Positions 1 to 9,003 of a stretch of DNA of 64,000 nucleotides are shown in pieces. A program made the translations under genes and the position numbers. The number at the start of each line of letters is the position of its first letter. Position 1 is the stretch's first letter. Under the pieces are notes generated by a model. The model was not told the origin of the DNA. It made no database searches and saw only the letters and a list, made by a program, of their open reading frames with translations. Origin of the DNA: Planctomycetota bacterium (GTDB lineage Bacteria > Planctomycetota > JAJSAM01 > JAJVHW01); assembly GCA_021776825.1 (NCBI GenBank), contig JAJFFG010000128.1, positions 353-64,352 of the forward strand, given 5' to 3'.

Positions 1-361
1 CGCGGCGGCGATCGCTCCTGATCCGACACTGCCGTCAACCCCTACCTCGCCGCCCAGCGGGCGTCCACTTGGCGCGTGGTAGGTAGGACCGTCGACGCGT
101 CGATCGTTCGGGACGGGGGCGCTCGAGCGTTCTGGCGATTCGGCGGAGCAACCGTCGCCATCACCGCGCGGCTGCGCCCGACGTCCCGGCGCCGTGGCTC
201 CTGAGGGCAGACCGCGCGCGCCGAGACCCTCGACGCGTTCGGCGGCTGGTCCTTCGCGGTCCAGCTGGCGCTCGCCTACCTGGTGGGAGACGCGGGGCAC
301 TCCGGTTAGCGTGAGGCGCTGCCCGCGTCACCGGACCCTTCGGCGCGGGAGGGGAGACCGC

Positions 362-3265
362 ATGCGCCCGTTGTTCCGTCTTGTCGCTGCACTCGTCACC
401 GCCGTCACGATCACGGTCGGCTCCGCGACGCTCATCGAGGGCGTCCACGCCGACGACGGCAGTGGGCGCGAGTGGAACCAGATCCGCGGCGGAGCCGCTC
501 GCGACGGCTGGACGGCGCTGGCCCCCCTCAGCTCGGAGCCGACGATCGCGTGGCGCTCCGAGCTTCCCGGCCCGATCCTCTGCGAGCCGGTCACCTGGGC
601 CGGCACCTGCTACGTGATTGCCAAGGACAAGAAGGACATGCAGCTCATCGCGCTGCACGCCCGGACCGGCAAGGAGCTGACGCGCCGCAAGCTGAAGAAG
701 AGCACCTGGGCGCACGCGGCGACCTGGCAGGGACGCGTGATCGTCTGCAAGGAGGGCACCCTCGAGAGCTACCCGCTGAAGGATGGGAAGCTCGGCTCGC
801 CCTGGCGCAAGAAGGGCGACTTCGCGGGCGCGCCGCTCGTCTACGCGGGCCACGTGTTCGTGCGCGACGGCCGGGAGATCAAGGTCTTCGAGGCGAACCG
901 TGGCAAGGAGCTCGCGTCGACGGCGTGGCTGCCGAAGGACGACGACGAGAAGCAGTTCATGGGCTTCGCCATGCTCACCGTGCGCGAGACGGACAAGGAC
1001 GTGACCGTCGCCGGCGCGTACCACTCGGCGAAGGACGGCAAGCTCTACCTGCACACACACAAGGTGAGCGGCCTCGGCACGAAGAAGGTGTCGCTCGGCA
1101 TCGCGATCCCGCGCGAGCTCATGCCGCTCAAGGCGACGCGGGACCCGGAGTTTCAGCGCAAGGCCATCCTGGGCTGGTTCAAGGACGACCTGAGCACGTC
1201 GTGGCTCTTCACGGCGCCCGTCGGCGCCGGAGCGAGCAAGTGGGCCGGCAGCATGGCCGTGCACGTGACCGAGACGCGGAAGAAGAAGCAGTCGTCGATC
1301 TCCACGTTGCCCGCGGCCATGGGTGGCGAAGCGTTCGGATTTGGCTCCGACACCTCGCTCTATCGCCTGAGCGCGAAACGGAAGGAACGGTCGCTCACCG
1401 AACGCGGATCGCTGCCCCAGGGCGCGCGTCCCGGCCCGGCTGTGGCGTCCAGCGGAGTCGTCTGCTTCGGGAACTGGGCGATGGAGATCGAGAGCGGCCG
1501 CACGATGTGGTGCCTGCCCGACCTGCCGGAGATCCAGACCGTGACGCCCGTGGCGGACGGCTTCGTGCTGCTCGGGACGGAGACGAACGAGCTGGTCTGC
1601 CTGGCCGAGCCGGATCGCATCGTGTCGCAAGCCGAGGGCGACGACGCCACGGCCGCGACAGGTTCGGAGACCGGTCCGCCGCCACCGGCCGAGGGCGACG
1701 GCGTGCTGCTCGCCGACGGTCGCAAGATCACAGGTACGGCCGAGCTCAACCCCGACGAGGACGCGTTTCGCGTCACCCCGGCCGACGGTGAGGCCTTCGA
1801 GGTCTCGATCGACGAAGTGGCCCTGATCGAGGTCGACGGGGAGGTCGAGTGGAACGGCGAGGAGCCGGCGGTCCTGCGTGCGTGGCAGACCGTGATCGAC
1901 GGAGTGTTCGCTCGCGGACTGCTCGAGACGTTCGAGCTCTATCGCAAGGAGCGGCTGCTCACCGAGTGCCGGCGCGTGCTGAACGACGCGCGCACGTACG
2001 GAGCGTCGCCGCGTCTGATCGAGTCGCTCGAAGCGGGCCTGACGGGCAAGACCGAGAACCCGAATCCGAAGCTGAAGATGAAGCGCCTCCGACCGGAGGA
2101 GACAAAGCGCCGCAAGGCCGCCGTCGACCAGGTCTTCACCGCAATCGACTGGTGCAAGGAACGCGACTACGGTGGTGCCGCCACGGCCCTCCTGCAGTAC
2201 GCCTCGCGCGAGAAGGTCGACCCCGCTCGCGTCGAGTCGACGGCGAAGGAGTTGATCCCCGAGAGCTTCCCCTGGGCCGACGCGGACGACGCGTCGAAGC
2301 GGTGGATCACCTGGGCCAACGAGATCGTGCCGGCCGGAGGCGAGTTCCTCCACAAGAGCTCGGGCCACTGGAACCACGCGAAGCGGGCGCCGTGGAACGA
2401 GGACACGATCGCTCTCGTCACGAAGAACATGCTCCTGTTCTCGCGCACCGACGATCTGCGCGTCGTGGGCATGTGCCTCAGGACCGGTGAAGGCACGGTG
2501 CGCGCGCTCGAGAACATCCTCGGCAAGGGCGCGGCCAACCTGCGGCTGCCCCTACAGGTGAAGCTCCACAAGAACCGCAAGGACTACCTCGAGGAGAAGA
2601 CCCCGCACGGATCGGCGATGCCGTGGAGCGCGGGCTACTACTCCCCCGCCGAGAACGTCTCACGCTTCTACGTGCCGGACCCCGCGCGCAGTGTGGAGCC
2701 GCTCGGCCGCGGTCTGTCGAAGACGCTCGCGCACGAGATGACGCACCACTGGCTCTCGATGCGCTGGATCCCGAAGTCGGAGGCGCGCCGTCACATCGGA
2801 GTACCGGGCTACTGGATCGTGGAGGGCTTCGCGCGCTACGTCGAGGACCAGGCCGTCGAGATGGGCCGGCGCAGGGGCCGCATGGACGACACGACGGTCT
2901 CCTCCCTCGACGCGACGTCGCAGGTGGCGAAGCAGGAGAAGCTCTGGAGCGTGCCCGAGCTGCTCGAGATGAACCAGGCGGCGTTCGCGAAGATCCCGGA
3001 GGAGCGCGTCGCGGTCGTCGAGCTGCGCAACACCGTCGGCAACCGCGTGCTCGACAAGCGGGCGCTCTTCTACGAGCAGTCCGGAAGCATGGTCTTCTTC
3101 ATGATGACGATGCGGGGCGAAGAGGGCCGGGACGCGCTCATCAAGTACATGCGCCTCCACTACACGGGGCGCTCGCCCTCGGACCCGGCGGACCGCTTCG
3201 GCTTCGACGACGGGAAGGCGCTGCACGCCGCGTTCGAGACGTTCCTCCGGTCGCTGCTCGAGTAG
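362..3265 (+). CDS. Secreted multidomain protein: PQQ/BamB-like beta-propeller plus C-terminal HEXXH gluzincin (DUF1570/peptidase MA-like) domain
   Basis: ATG at 362 after GGAG-rich RBS; N-terminal signal peptide; 'WNQIRGGAARDG...IAWRSEL' BamB-like start; C-terminal AHEMTHHW...WIVEGFARY zinc motif. Confidence 0.7.
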   Translation: MRPLFRLVAALVTAVTITVGSATLIEGVHADDGSGREWNQIRGGAARDGWTALAPLSSEPTIAWRSELPGPILCEPVTWAGTCYVIAKDKKDMQLIALHARTGKELTRRKLKKSTWAHAATWQGRVIVCKEGTLESYPLKDGKLGSPWRKKGDFAGAPLVYAGHVFVRDGREIKVFEANRGKELASTAWLPKDDDEKQFMGFAMLTVRETDKDVTVAGAYHSAKDGKLYLHTHKVSGLGTKKVSLGIAIPRELMPLKATRDPEFQRKAILGWFKDDLSTSWLFTAPVGAGASKWAGSMAVHVTETRKKKQSSISTLPAAMGGEAFGFGSDTSLYRLSAKRKERSLTERGSLPQGARPGPAVASSGVVCFGNWAMEIESGRTMWCLPDLPEIQTVTPVADGFVLLGTETNELVCLAEPDRIVSQAEGDDATAATGSETGPPPPAEGDGVLLADGRKITGTAELNPDEDAFRVTPADGEAFEVSIDEVALIEVDGEVEWNGEEPAVLRAWQTVIDGVFARGLLETFELYRKERLLTECRRVLNDARTYGASPRLIESLEAGLTGKTENPNPKLKMKRLRPEETKRRKAAVDQVFTAIDWCKERDYGGAATALLQYASREKVDPARVESTAKELIPESFPWADADDASKRWITWANEIVPAGGEFLHKSSGHWNHAKRAPWNEDTIALVTKNMLLFSRTDDLRVVGMCLRTGEGTVRALENILGKGAANLRLPLQVKLHKNRKDYLEEKTPHGSAMPWSAGYYSPAENVSRFYVPDPARSVEPLGRGLSKTLAHEMTHHWLSMRWIPKSEARRHIGVPGYWIVEGFARYVEDQAVEMGRRRGRMDDTTVSSLDATSQVAKQEKLWSVPELLEMNQAAFAKIPEERVAVVELRNTVGNRVLDKRALFYEQSGSMVFFMMTMRGEEGRDALIKYMRLHYTGRSPSDPADRFGFDDGKALHAAFETFLRSLLE

Positions 3266-3271
3266 TCGCGG

Positions 3272-4201
3272 ATGACTCGGCGATCTCCCTTCGGCTGCGC
3301 GACGGTCGCGCTGCTGTGCGTGGCCGCGGTCGCGTGTACGCGGACGCCCGGCACGACCGACCCGCTCCCGCAACCAACGCCACTCCCGCAGCTCTCGCCG
3401 CCCGAGACGCCGGTGCGCTATCGCCAGTCATTCACCGTTCCGGCCGCGTCCGACGCTGACCTGGCGATCCACGTCGAACAGACCGTGCTCGTGACCCACG
3501 CGGGATCGAAGGCGACGGTGAGGTACGAGGACGTTGCCGTGTGGCTGCAAGGGAAGTCAGGCCCCCCGGCGTGGCGCCACTCGGCTCCGGCGGCTGACCC
3601 GGAGGCCGAGCTCGAGCTCGAACTCGAGCTTGCCGAGACGTGGGGCTTCATGGGCGGGCTGGAGCTCGAGGTGACGCTCGACGATCGGGCACGCGTGGCT
3701 CGCGTCGAGGGGCTGAACGCGTCCGTCGCGGCGCTCGACGGGCTGCGGGACCCCATGTTCAGGGCGTCACTTCTCGAGGGTGCCCTCGCGCGGCCAGAAC
3801 TGTTGTGGCTCCCGCTGGACGGAGCCACGAGCGATGCACCGCGCTATCGGTTTCCGGCCCCCCTCTGGGGCCCGCGGGTCGAGGTCCCGGTGGAGCTGAC
3901 CCCCACCGTGACACGCGCCGATGCCATCGACATCGCGTTTGGCGGGACACCCGAAGTCCTGCGCGAGTGGTCGCCAAGCGCCGCTGCGGACCGGCGCGGG
4001 TTCGCGTCGGAACGCGCCGACCGCACGCAGCGCCTCGCGACGGCGACGCTGTCGTCGGGGGTGTTCTCCGGTGGTGCATCGATCGATCGTGCGACGGGAA
4101 TGCCGTCCACGATCTCGTGGACGCTCGCCGTCGACATTGCGTACGGCGACGGTTCGACCGACACGGCAGAGCTCGTCTACACCCTCGAGCGCATCGAGTG
4201 A
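3272..4201 (+). CDS. Hypothetical lipoprotein
   Basis: Hydrophobic N-terminus ending AAVAC (lipobox-like); 6 nt after the upstream stop; stop overlaps the next start (GTGA). Confidence 0.6.
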   Translation: MTRRSPFGCATVALLCVAAVACTRTPGTTDPLPQPTPLPQLSPPETPVRYRQSFTVPAASDADLAIHVEQTVLVTHAGSKATVRYEDVAVWLQGKSGPPAWRHSAPAADPEAELELELELAETWGFMGGLELEVTLDDRARVARVEGLNASVAALDGLRDPMFRASLLEGALARPELLWLPLDGATSDAPRYRFPAPLWGPRVEVPVELTPTVTRADAIDIAFGGTPEVLREWSPSAAADRRGFASERADRTQRLATATLSSGVFSGGASIDRATGMPSTISWTLAVDIAYGDGSTDTAELVYTLERIE

Positions 4202-5145
4202 CCGACGCGCCGTCGCGGTGGACTCGTGTCCGCCGGCGGCTGCCGTTCGCGATGCTCATCGCTGCGGCCATCGCCATCGCCCTGCGCCTCACCGTGCGCG
4301 ACGGCATCGACCTGCTCGCTCCGTTCGTCCACGGCACTCCGCCTGCCGTGTGCGCCGGGGCCGCCGCCGTGGCGGGCCTGCTCCTGCTCCAGGACCGTCG
4401 ACGCCGCTGGGCGGCGGCGGCCGTGACGATCGCCGTCGGTCTGGCGGTCTGGCACCTCGCCGTGATGCACGTCATCGCCATCCGGCCACCGGCGCCGGAC
4501 GGCGCAGCTCGCGTCGTCGTTTGGAACGTCCGTCACGGCAAGCACGGCTTCGCCTCCATCGAGGACGAGCTCATCGACCTCGACCCCGACGTCATCGGGC
4601 TCATCGAGGGCGGTGACGACTCCGACCGACGCCGCGCCGCGTGGGCTGCCGCGTTCCCCGACCACGAGGCGTTCTACGGGAAGAGCGGCCTGATCCTGCT
4701 CGTGCGTGGCGCCATCGTCCGCTCTCGCGTCGAGCGCCTGGGCGACGAAGGACGGGCGATCGTCGCTGAGCTCGTCGTCGGATCTCAGCGCGTCCGCGTG
4801 GTGCTGGTCGACGTGAAGACCGATCGGTTCGACCCGCGTGGGCCCGTGTTCGAGGCGTTGGAGTCTCTCGTGGCCGCGCTGCCGGATGGCCCGCTGCTCG
4901 TCGCTGGCGACTTCAACACGCCGCACAACTCGGTGCACTTCGATCGATGGCGGAACGAGCTCAACCTCACGCACGCGTTCGAGTCGGCGGGGATCGCCGG
5001 CCGCGCCACGTGGCCGGATCCGTTCCCGGTCATCGAGATCGACCACGCGTGGGTGAACGGGAGCCTCTCCGTCCATCGCTGCCGCCACCCGGACGTCGCG
5101 TCGTCGGATCATCGGCCGGTCGTGTTCGATGTCGCGGTGAGGTGA
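4198..5145 (+). CDS. Membrane-anchored endonuclease/exonuclease/phosphatase (EEP, YafD-like) family protein
   Basis: Three N-terminal TM segments; WNV, GDFN, IDH and SDHRPV catalytic motifs; GTG start overlaps the upstream TGA. Confidence 0.85.
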   Translation: MTDAPSRWTRVRRRLPFAMLIAAAIAIALRLTVRDGIDLLAPFVHGTPPAVCAGAAAVAGLLLLQDRRRRWAAAAVTIAVGLAVWHLAVMHVIAIRPPAPDGAARVVVWNVRHGKHGFASIEDELIDLDPDVIGLIEGGDDSDRRRAAWAAAFPDHEAFYGKSGLILLVRGAIVRSRVERLGDEGRAIVAELVVGSQRVRVVLVDVKTDRFDPRGPVFEALESLVAALPDGPLLVAGDFNTPHNSVHFDRWRNELNLTHAFESAGIAGRATWPDPFPVIEIDHAWVNGSLSVHRCRHPDVASSDHRPVVFDVAVR

Positions 5146-5213
5146 CTGGGCTGGATTGGGCTGGACGGAGCCGCAGCACAGGAACGGGTCTCGTCCGTTA
5201 CAAGACGGGATAG

Positions 5214-6758
5214 ATGCGCGTCCGCTCCGTTCTGATCGTCACGCTGCTCGGGCTGCTCCTGGCGGCGGTGCTGAGCGCCGTCGTGATCAGCCTGGGGGGC
5301 AACGAGCCCGGTGACCGCGACCCGCTAGTGGGCGGGAAGGGTGGTGCGGGCTCATCGGGCGTTGGGCCCGCGGAGCCCGCACGGCGAGGGGGCTCACAGC
5401 GCGGTGGGCCGGCGGAGCCCGCTGGCGACGCGAGAACGCAACCAGAGCCGGACGAGCCACCGGCACGCGCCCCGGAGACCTTCCCCGTCGCGGGCCGCGT
5501 CACCGACGCACGCGGGCGGGGTCTCGAGCGCGCCACGGTCGAGGTCGCTGGTCAGCGAGTGACGACGGACGGCCAAGGCCGCTTCAACATCCCGGGCGTC
5601 GCCGTCGGACGCCAGACCGTCACGGCGTGGGCCAAAGGCTACCTCCTCAAGTCCGTCGACATTCGCGTGCCGGATGCCTCCCAGGAGCTGCGCCTCTCGT
5701 CGTTCCGCACCGCGAGCGGCATCGTGAGGTTCCCGGACGGCGAGCCGGCGGCTGGCGTGCGCGTGGTCGTCAGTACGCGTGTCAGAGGCGAGTCGTTCGC
5801 GGTCGAAACGACGACCGACGCGGAGGGTCGCTACACGGTCGAACGGATGCCGCCCGGACGGCTTCACGTCCAGGTCGAGTCGTTCAAGCGCGACGGTACG
5901 CCATTCGTCCGGACGCACGGAAAGCGGGCGGGGACGCACGCCGAGGTCACTCTGCGCGAGGGCACGCTCTTCCTCGGTCGCGTGCTCGCGCCAGACGGGT
6001 CACCGGTCGCCGGCGCCGCGGTGTCGGTGCTGGCGTCCCGCGACAAGTCGTCGGGCGTTGCGCACAGTGCGACGAGCGACGAAGAGGGGCACTTCGAGCT
6101 GATCGTCCGGACGGGGACGCGCTACTCGCTCCACGTCGAGACGCCGACCGACGATGTGACGGGGTGGCGCTTTCCACGCTGGTTCCGACACGAGGTGACG
6201 GGCGGCGGCGAGGCGGTGGAGGCTGTCCTCGAAGCTGGCCACGAGATCGCGGGGCGCGTCACGGGATCGATCGGGGCCGTCGCGGGACGCAAGCTCGACG
6301 TGTATCGCGTGGCGGGCAACAACCGTGGCTTCCTCACCCGCGCCACGATCCAGGCGGACGGTACGTTCCGCGTCGGTGGCCTCTGGAAGGCCAAGTACGA
6401 GCTGCGTCTCGAGAAGACGGACGACAACGACCCGTGGATCATCGTTCGCCCGCGCGTCTTCTCGACGGGGACCAACGACGCGGCCCCGAAGGTCGTCCGC
6501 GGCCGCCCGATCTCCGGCGTGCTCGTCGACGCGGACGGCGTCGCGATGGAGGCGGCGTGGCTGCAGGTCGTCTCGATGGTGAACGAGGGCACCCGCCGCG
6601 CGAAGACCGACGCCAACGGTCGCTTCACGTTCGGCCTGCTCCCACCCGGCACCTGGGAGCTACGGCTGCTGGGCCGGAAGACGGGACCGGTCGCGATCGG
6701 GAAGTTCGAAGCCGGCGTGACGGGATTGCGGGCGGAGGCACCGGCCGACTCGCCGTAG
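5214..6758 (+). CDS. Carboxypeptidase-regulatory-like (CnaB-type beta-sandwich) repeat protein, membrane anchored
   Basis: N-terminal TM helix; repeated 'GRVTD..G.P..GA.V' and 'TTD..GRF' units. Confidence 0.8.
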   Translation: MRVRSVLIVTLLGLLLAAVLSAVVISLGGNEPGDRDPLVGGKGGAGSSGVGPAEPARRGGSQRGGPAEPAGDARTQPEPDEPPARAPETFPVAGRVTDARGRGLERATVEVAGQRVTTDGQGRFNIPGVAVGRQTVTAWAKGYLLKSVDIRVPDASQELRLSSFRTASGIVRFPDGEPAAGVRVVVSTRVRGESFAVETTTDAEGRYTVERMPPGRLHVQVESFKRDGTPFVRTHGKRAGTHAEVTLREGTLFLGRVLAPDGSPVAGAAVSVLASRDKSSGVAHSATSDEEGHFELIVRTGTRYSLHVETPTDDVTGWRFPRWFRHEVTGGGEAVEAVLEAGHEIAGRVTGSIGAVAGRKLDVYRVAGNNRGFLTRATIQADGTFRVGGLWKAKYELRLEKTDDNDPWIIVRPRVFSTGTNDAAPKVVRGRPISGVLVDADGVAMEAAWLQVVSMVNEGTRRAKTDANGRFTFGLLPPGTWELRLLGRKTGPVAIGKFEAGVTGLRAEAPADSP

Positions 6759-7298
6759 GGGCGGACCCCCCGGTCCGCCCCGCCGACACGCGCCGCTCGG
6801 TCCAGGCAGGTGGATGGCGGACGGCGAGCGACGCGGGCGATCCGCACGGCGCCCGGCGAGAGACATCGCCACGCGACACCACGGCTGTAACGCCGTCGAC
6901 CGGGAGCCATCCGGATCGCCGGGAACGAACGACGAGCGCCGTCCACCCCATCGCCCGCGCGCACCCCAGCGGGCGGGGGGATCAGGAGATCCGCCCGTAC
7001 GAGGGCACTCGCATCGTCGACGGGGGTGTCGTAGGGGTGGGTCTCCTGACCCACCCGCGCCGACGCGGGACCGCGCGGGCGATGTTGGTGGCTGGCGCAC
7101 GCGAGCGATGACCGCGATCCGCACCGCGCCGGGCGAGAGCCATCGCCCCGCGATCGATCAGCGCGCACATGGCGTCACGGCAGCAACGCCGTCGACCGGT
7201 AGCCGGCCGGATCACCGCGCCCGTCCGCCAAGCGCCGTCGGCCCCAACCGCCCGAGCGCACCCCAGCGGGCGGGGCGGACCAGGGGGTCCGCCCCTAC
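6755..7298. repeat. Cluster of four GTAG-type REP palindromes forming two inverted doublets (REPIN/BIME-like)
   Basis: GTAG-GGGCGGACC-CCCC-GGTCCGCCC at 6755-6780 (+); degenerate copy ending at 7000 (-); GTAG-GGGTGGGTC-TCCT-GACCCACCC at 7031-7056 (+); GTAG-GGGCGGACC-CCCT-GGTCCGCCC at 7273-7298 (-); the internal spacers resemble each other. Confidence 0.75.
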
Positions 7299-7582
7299 GG
7301 CGCCGTTGACGAAGCGGACCCGTCGGAACGGAGGAGACCAAGCGCCTCCGGATCCCCACCCGGGGCGGGGCGGTTGCGCGTGAGCGCAAGCGCCGTGACG
7401 CGGGGAATGTGTGCGCGGAGGTCCTCGACCGGCGCCGATGGCCCTCGTCAGACGCGTGACGAGACCGAGCACACACCAGACAGCAACAGAGGGCGCGGCG
7501 ATTGCCGCATGTCCAGAGCTGCGTCACCAACCTGCCGCCCTGCAATCGCCGTGACCACCAACGAATCCGCTCAAGCGTACCG

Positions 7583-7604
7583 CTGTACTAGCCCGATAGG
7601 ACGG
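7583..7604. promoter_or_regulatory. Putative YtrA/GntR operator
   Basis: Imperfect palindrome CTGTACTA-N6-TAGGACGG upstream of a YtrA-subfamily gntR; resembles the TGTAnTA-N6-TAnTACA type of motif. Confidence 0.5.
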
Positions 7605-7678
7605 TCAGCCCCGGGGGAAGTGCCCCCGGGGATCCCCCACGGGGGGGGAAGAGCCCCCCCGCTGCCGAGGAGCCGACC

Positions 7679-8071
7679 ATCCAGATCCACGTCGACCCGA
7701 AGGGCCCCACTCCTCCGAGTGAGCAGATCGCCGATCAGATGCGATTCGCCGTCTCGAGTGGCCGCCTGACCGCGGGCGACAAGCTCCCCTCCGTGCGGAA
7801 GCTCGCCGCACAGGCTCTCGTGAACCCCAACACCGTCGCTCGCGCGTATCGAGAACTCGAGCGCGAGGGCACGGTGGAAACGCGTCCCGGATCCGGCGTC
7901 TTCGTCGCCCGGGATGCCTCGCGTCGCTGCCAACGGCAGACACGCAATCTTCTCTCGGAGCGAATTGGCCGTGCCGTCGAGGAAGCCCTCGCGGCCGGCC
8001 TCGCTCCCCACGAGATCGAAGAGATGGTCGGTCAGCTGCTCCACCGCGCCCCCCAGGAGTCGATCCGATGA
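7679..8071 (+). CDS. GntR family (YtrA subfamily) transcriptional regulator; probable non-canonical ATC start (first ATG is at 7739)
   Basis: GDKLPSVRKLA..LVNPNTVARAYRELEREG wHTH; in-frame upstream IQIHVDPKGPTPPSEQIADQ matches the YtrA N-terminus; GAGGAG lies 6 nt before ATC at 7679. Confidence 0.9.
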   Translation: MQIHVDPKGPTPPSEQIADQMRFAVSSGRLTAGDKLPSVRKLAAQALVNPNTVARAYRELEREGTVETRPGSGVFVARDASRRCQRQTRNLLSERIGRAVEEALAAGLAPHEIEEMVGQLLHRAPQESIR

Positions 8072-9003
8072 CGCATGACCACGCGGACCCCATTGTCGTC
8101 CGCGCCCTCTCCCACCGTTTCGGCCGTCAGGAGATCCTGAAGGACGTGGACCTGCGCGTGCCTCGCGGCAGCGTGACCGCGCTCCTGGGTCGCAACGGCG
8201 AGGGCAAGACGACGCTCCTCCGACTCATGATCGGCTGGCTGAACGCCGCGCCCGGTCACATCCAGGTGCTGGGACTCGATCCCGCGCGCCGCGGCCCGGA
8301 CGTTCGGCGTCAGGTCGGCTACGTGCCGGACTCGCTCGAGCTGCCGAAGTGGATGCGCGTGAACGACTGGTTCCGCTTCCTCGAGCCGTTCTATCCCACG
8401 TGGAACCGGAGCGAGGAGGCGCGCCTTCTCGGCGCGCTCGACCTCGACGGGAACGCCAAGGTCACGACCCTCTCGAAGGGTCAGCGCGCCAAGCACGCCC
8501 TGATCGCCGCGCTCGCCCACGAGCCGCAGCTGCTGCTCATGGACGAGCCGTTCTCCGGCCTCGACCCGATCGTGCGGCACGAGGTTCTCTCTGCCGTCCT
8601 CGGCCATCTCAAGGACGAGGGCCGCACCGTGGTGGTCGTGTCGCACTCCATCACGGACGTCGAGCGCATCGCCGATCGCGTCGTGCTGCTCGAACAGGGC
8701 CGCGTTCGTCTGGACGCCGACTTCGAGGACCTGCAGCGCCATGCAGTGCGCCTCGCGGTCACGCTGTGGGACCCGTATGTGATCTGGTCGCCCCCGGGGC
8801 ACCCGGCCTCGGTGCGCGAGAACGAGGACGTGACGCTCACGTACATCGACTTCGACCAGCGCTACGAAGAGGCCCTCCGTAACGACCCGAGCGTGGCCTC
8901 CGTCCGCCGCGTCTCCCGCGACCTGAACGACGTCTTCCGCGCCGCCGTGGCGAACGAGTCGGCCACGCCGGCAGAGGAGGAAGCTCCGTGCGCTGCTTCC
9001 TAA
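8068..9003 (+). CDS. ABC transporter ATP-binding protein (YtrB-like)
   Basis: Walker A GRNGEGKTT, signature LSKGQ, Walker B LLLMDEP, H-loop VSH; ATGA overlap with gntR. Confidence 0.95.
   Translation: MTHDHADPIVVRALSHRFGRQEILKDVDLRVPRGSVTALLGRNGEGKTTLLRLMIGWLNAAPGHIQVLGLDPARRGPDVRRQVGYVPDSLELPKWMRVNDWFRFLEPFYPTWNRSEEARLLGALDLDGNAKVTTLSKGQRAKHALIAALAHEPQLLLMDEPFSGLDPIVRHEVLSAVLGHLKDEGRTVVVVSHSITDVERIADRVVLLEQGRVRLDADFEDLQRHAVRLAVTLWDPYVIWSPPGHPASVRENEDVTLTYIDFDQRYEEALRNDPSVASVRRVSRDLNDVFRAAVANESATPAEEEAPCAAS

Noticed and set aside
220..309. Short coding-like frame AETLDAFGGWSFAVQLALAYLV...
   Set aside because: In-frame stop at 202-204 and no start codon; possibly a gene remnant but unsupported
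161..2377. 738-aa minus-strand ORF (also 30085..31995, 52118..53653, 61074..62882 and similar)
   Set aside because: Antisense shadows of real genes, common in high-GC DNA; no motifs, and they fully overlap well-supported CDSs
6755..7298. CRISPR array
   Set aside because: Repeats alternate in orientation, spacing is irregular (30 to over 200 bp) and there are no cas genes; REP-like instead
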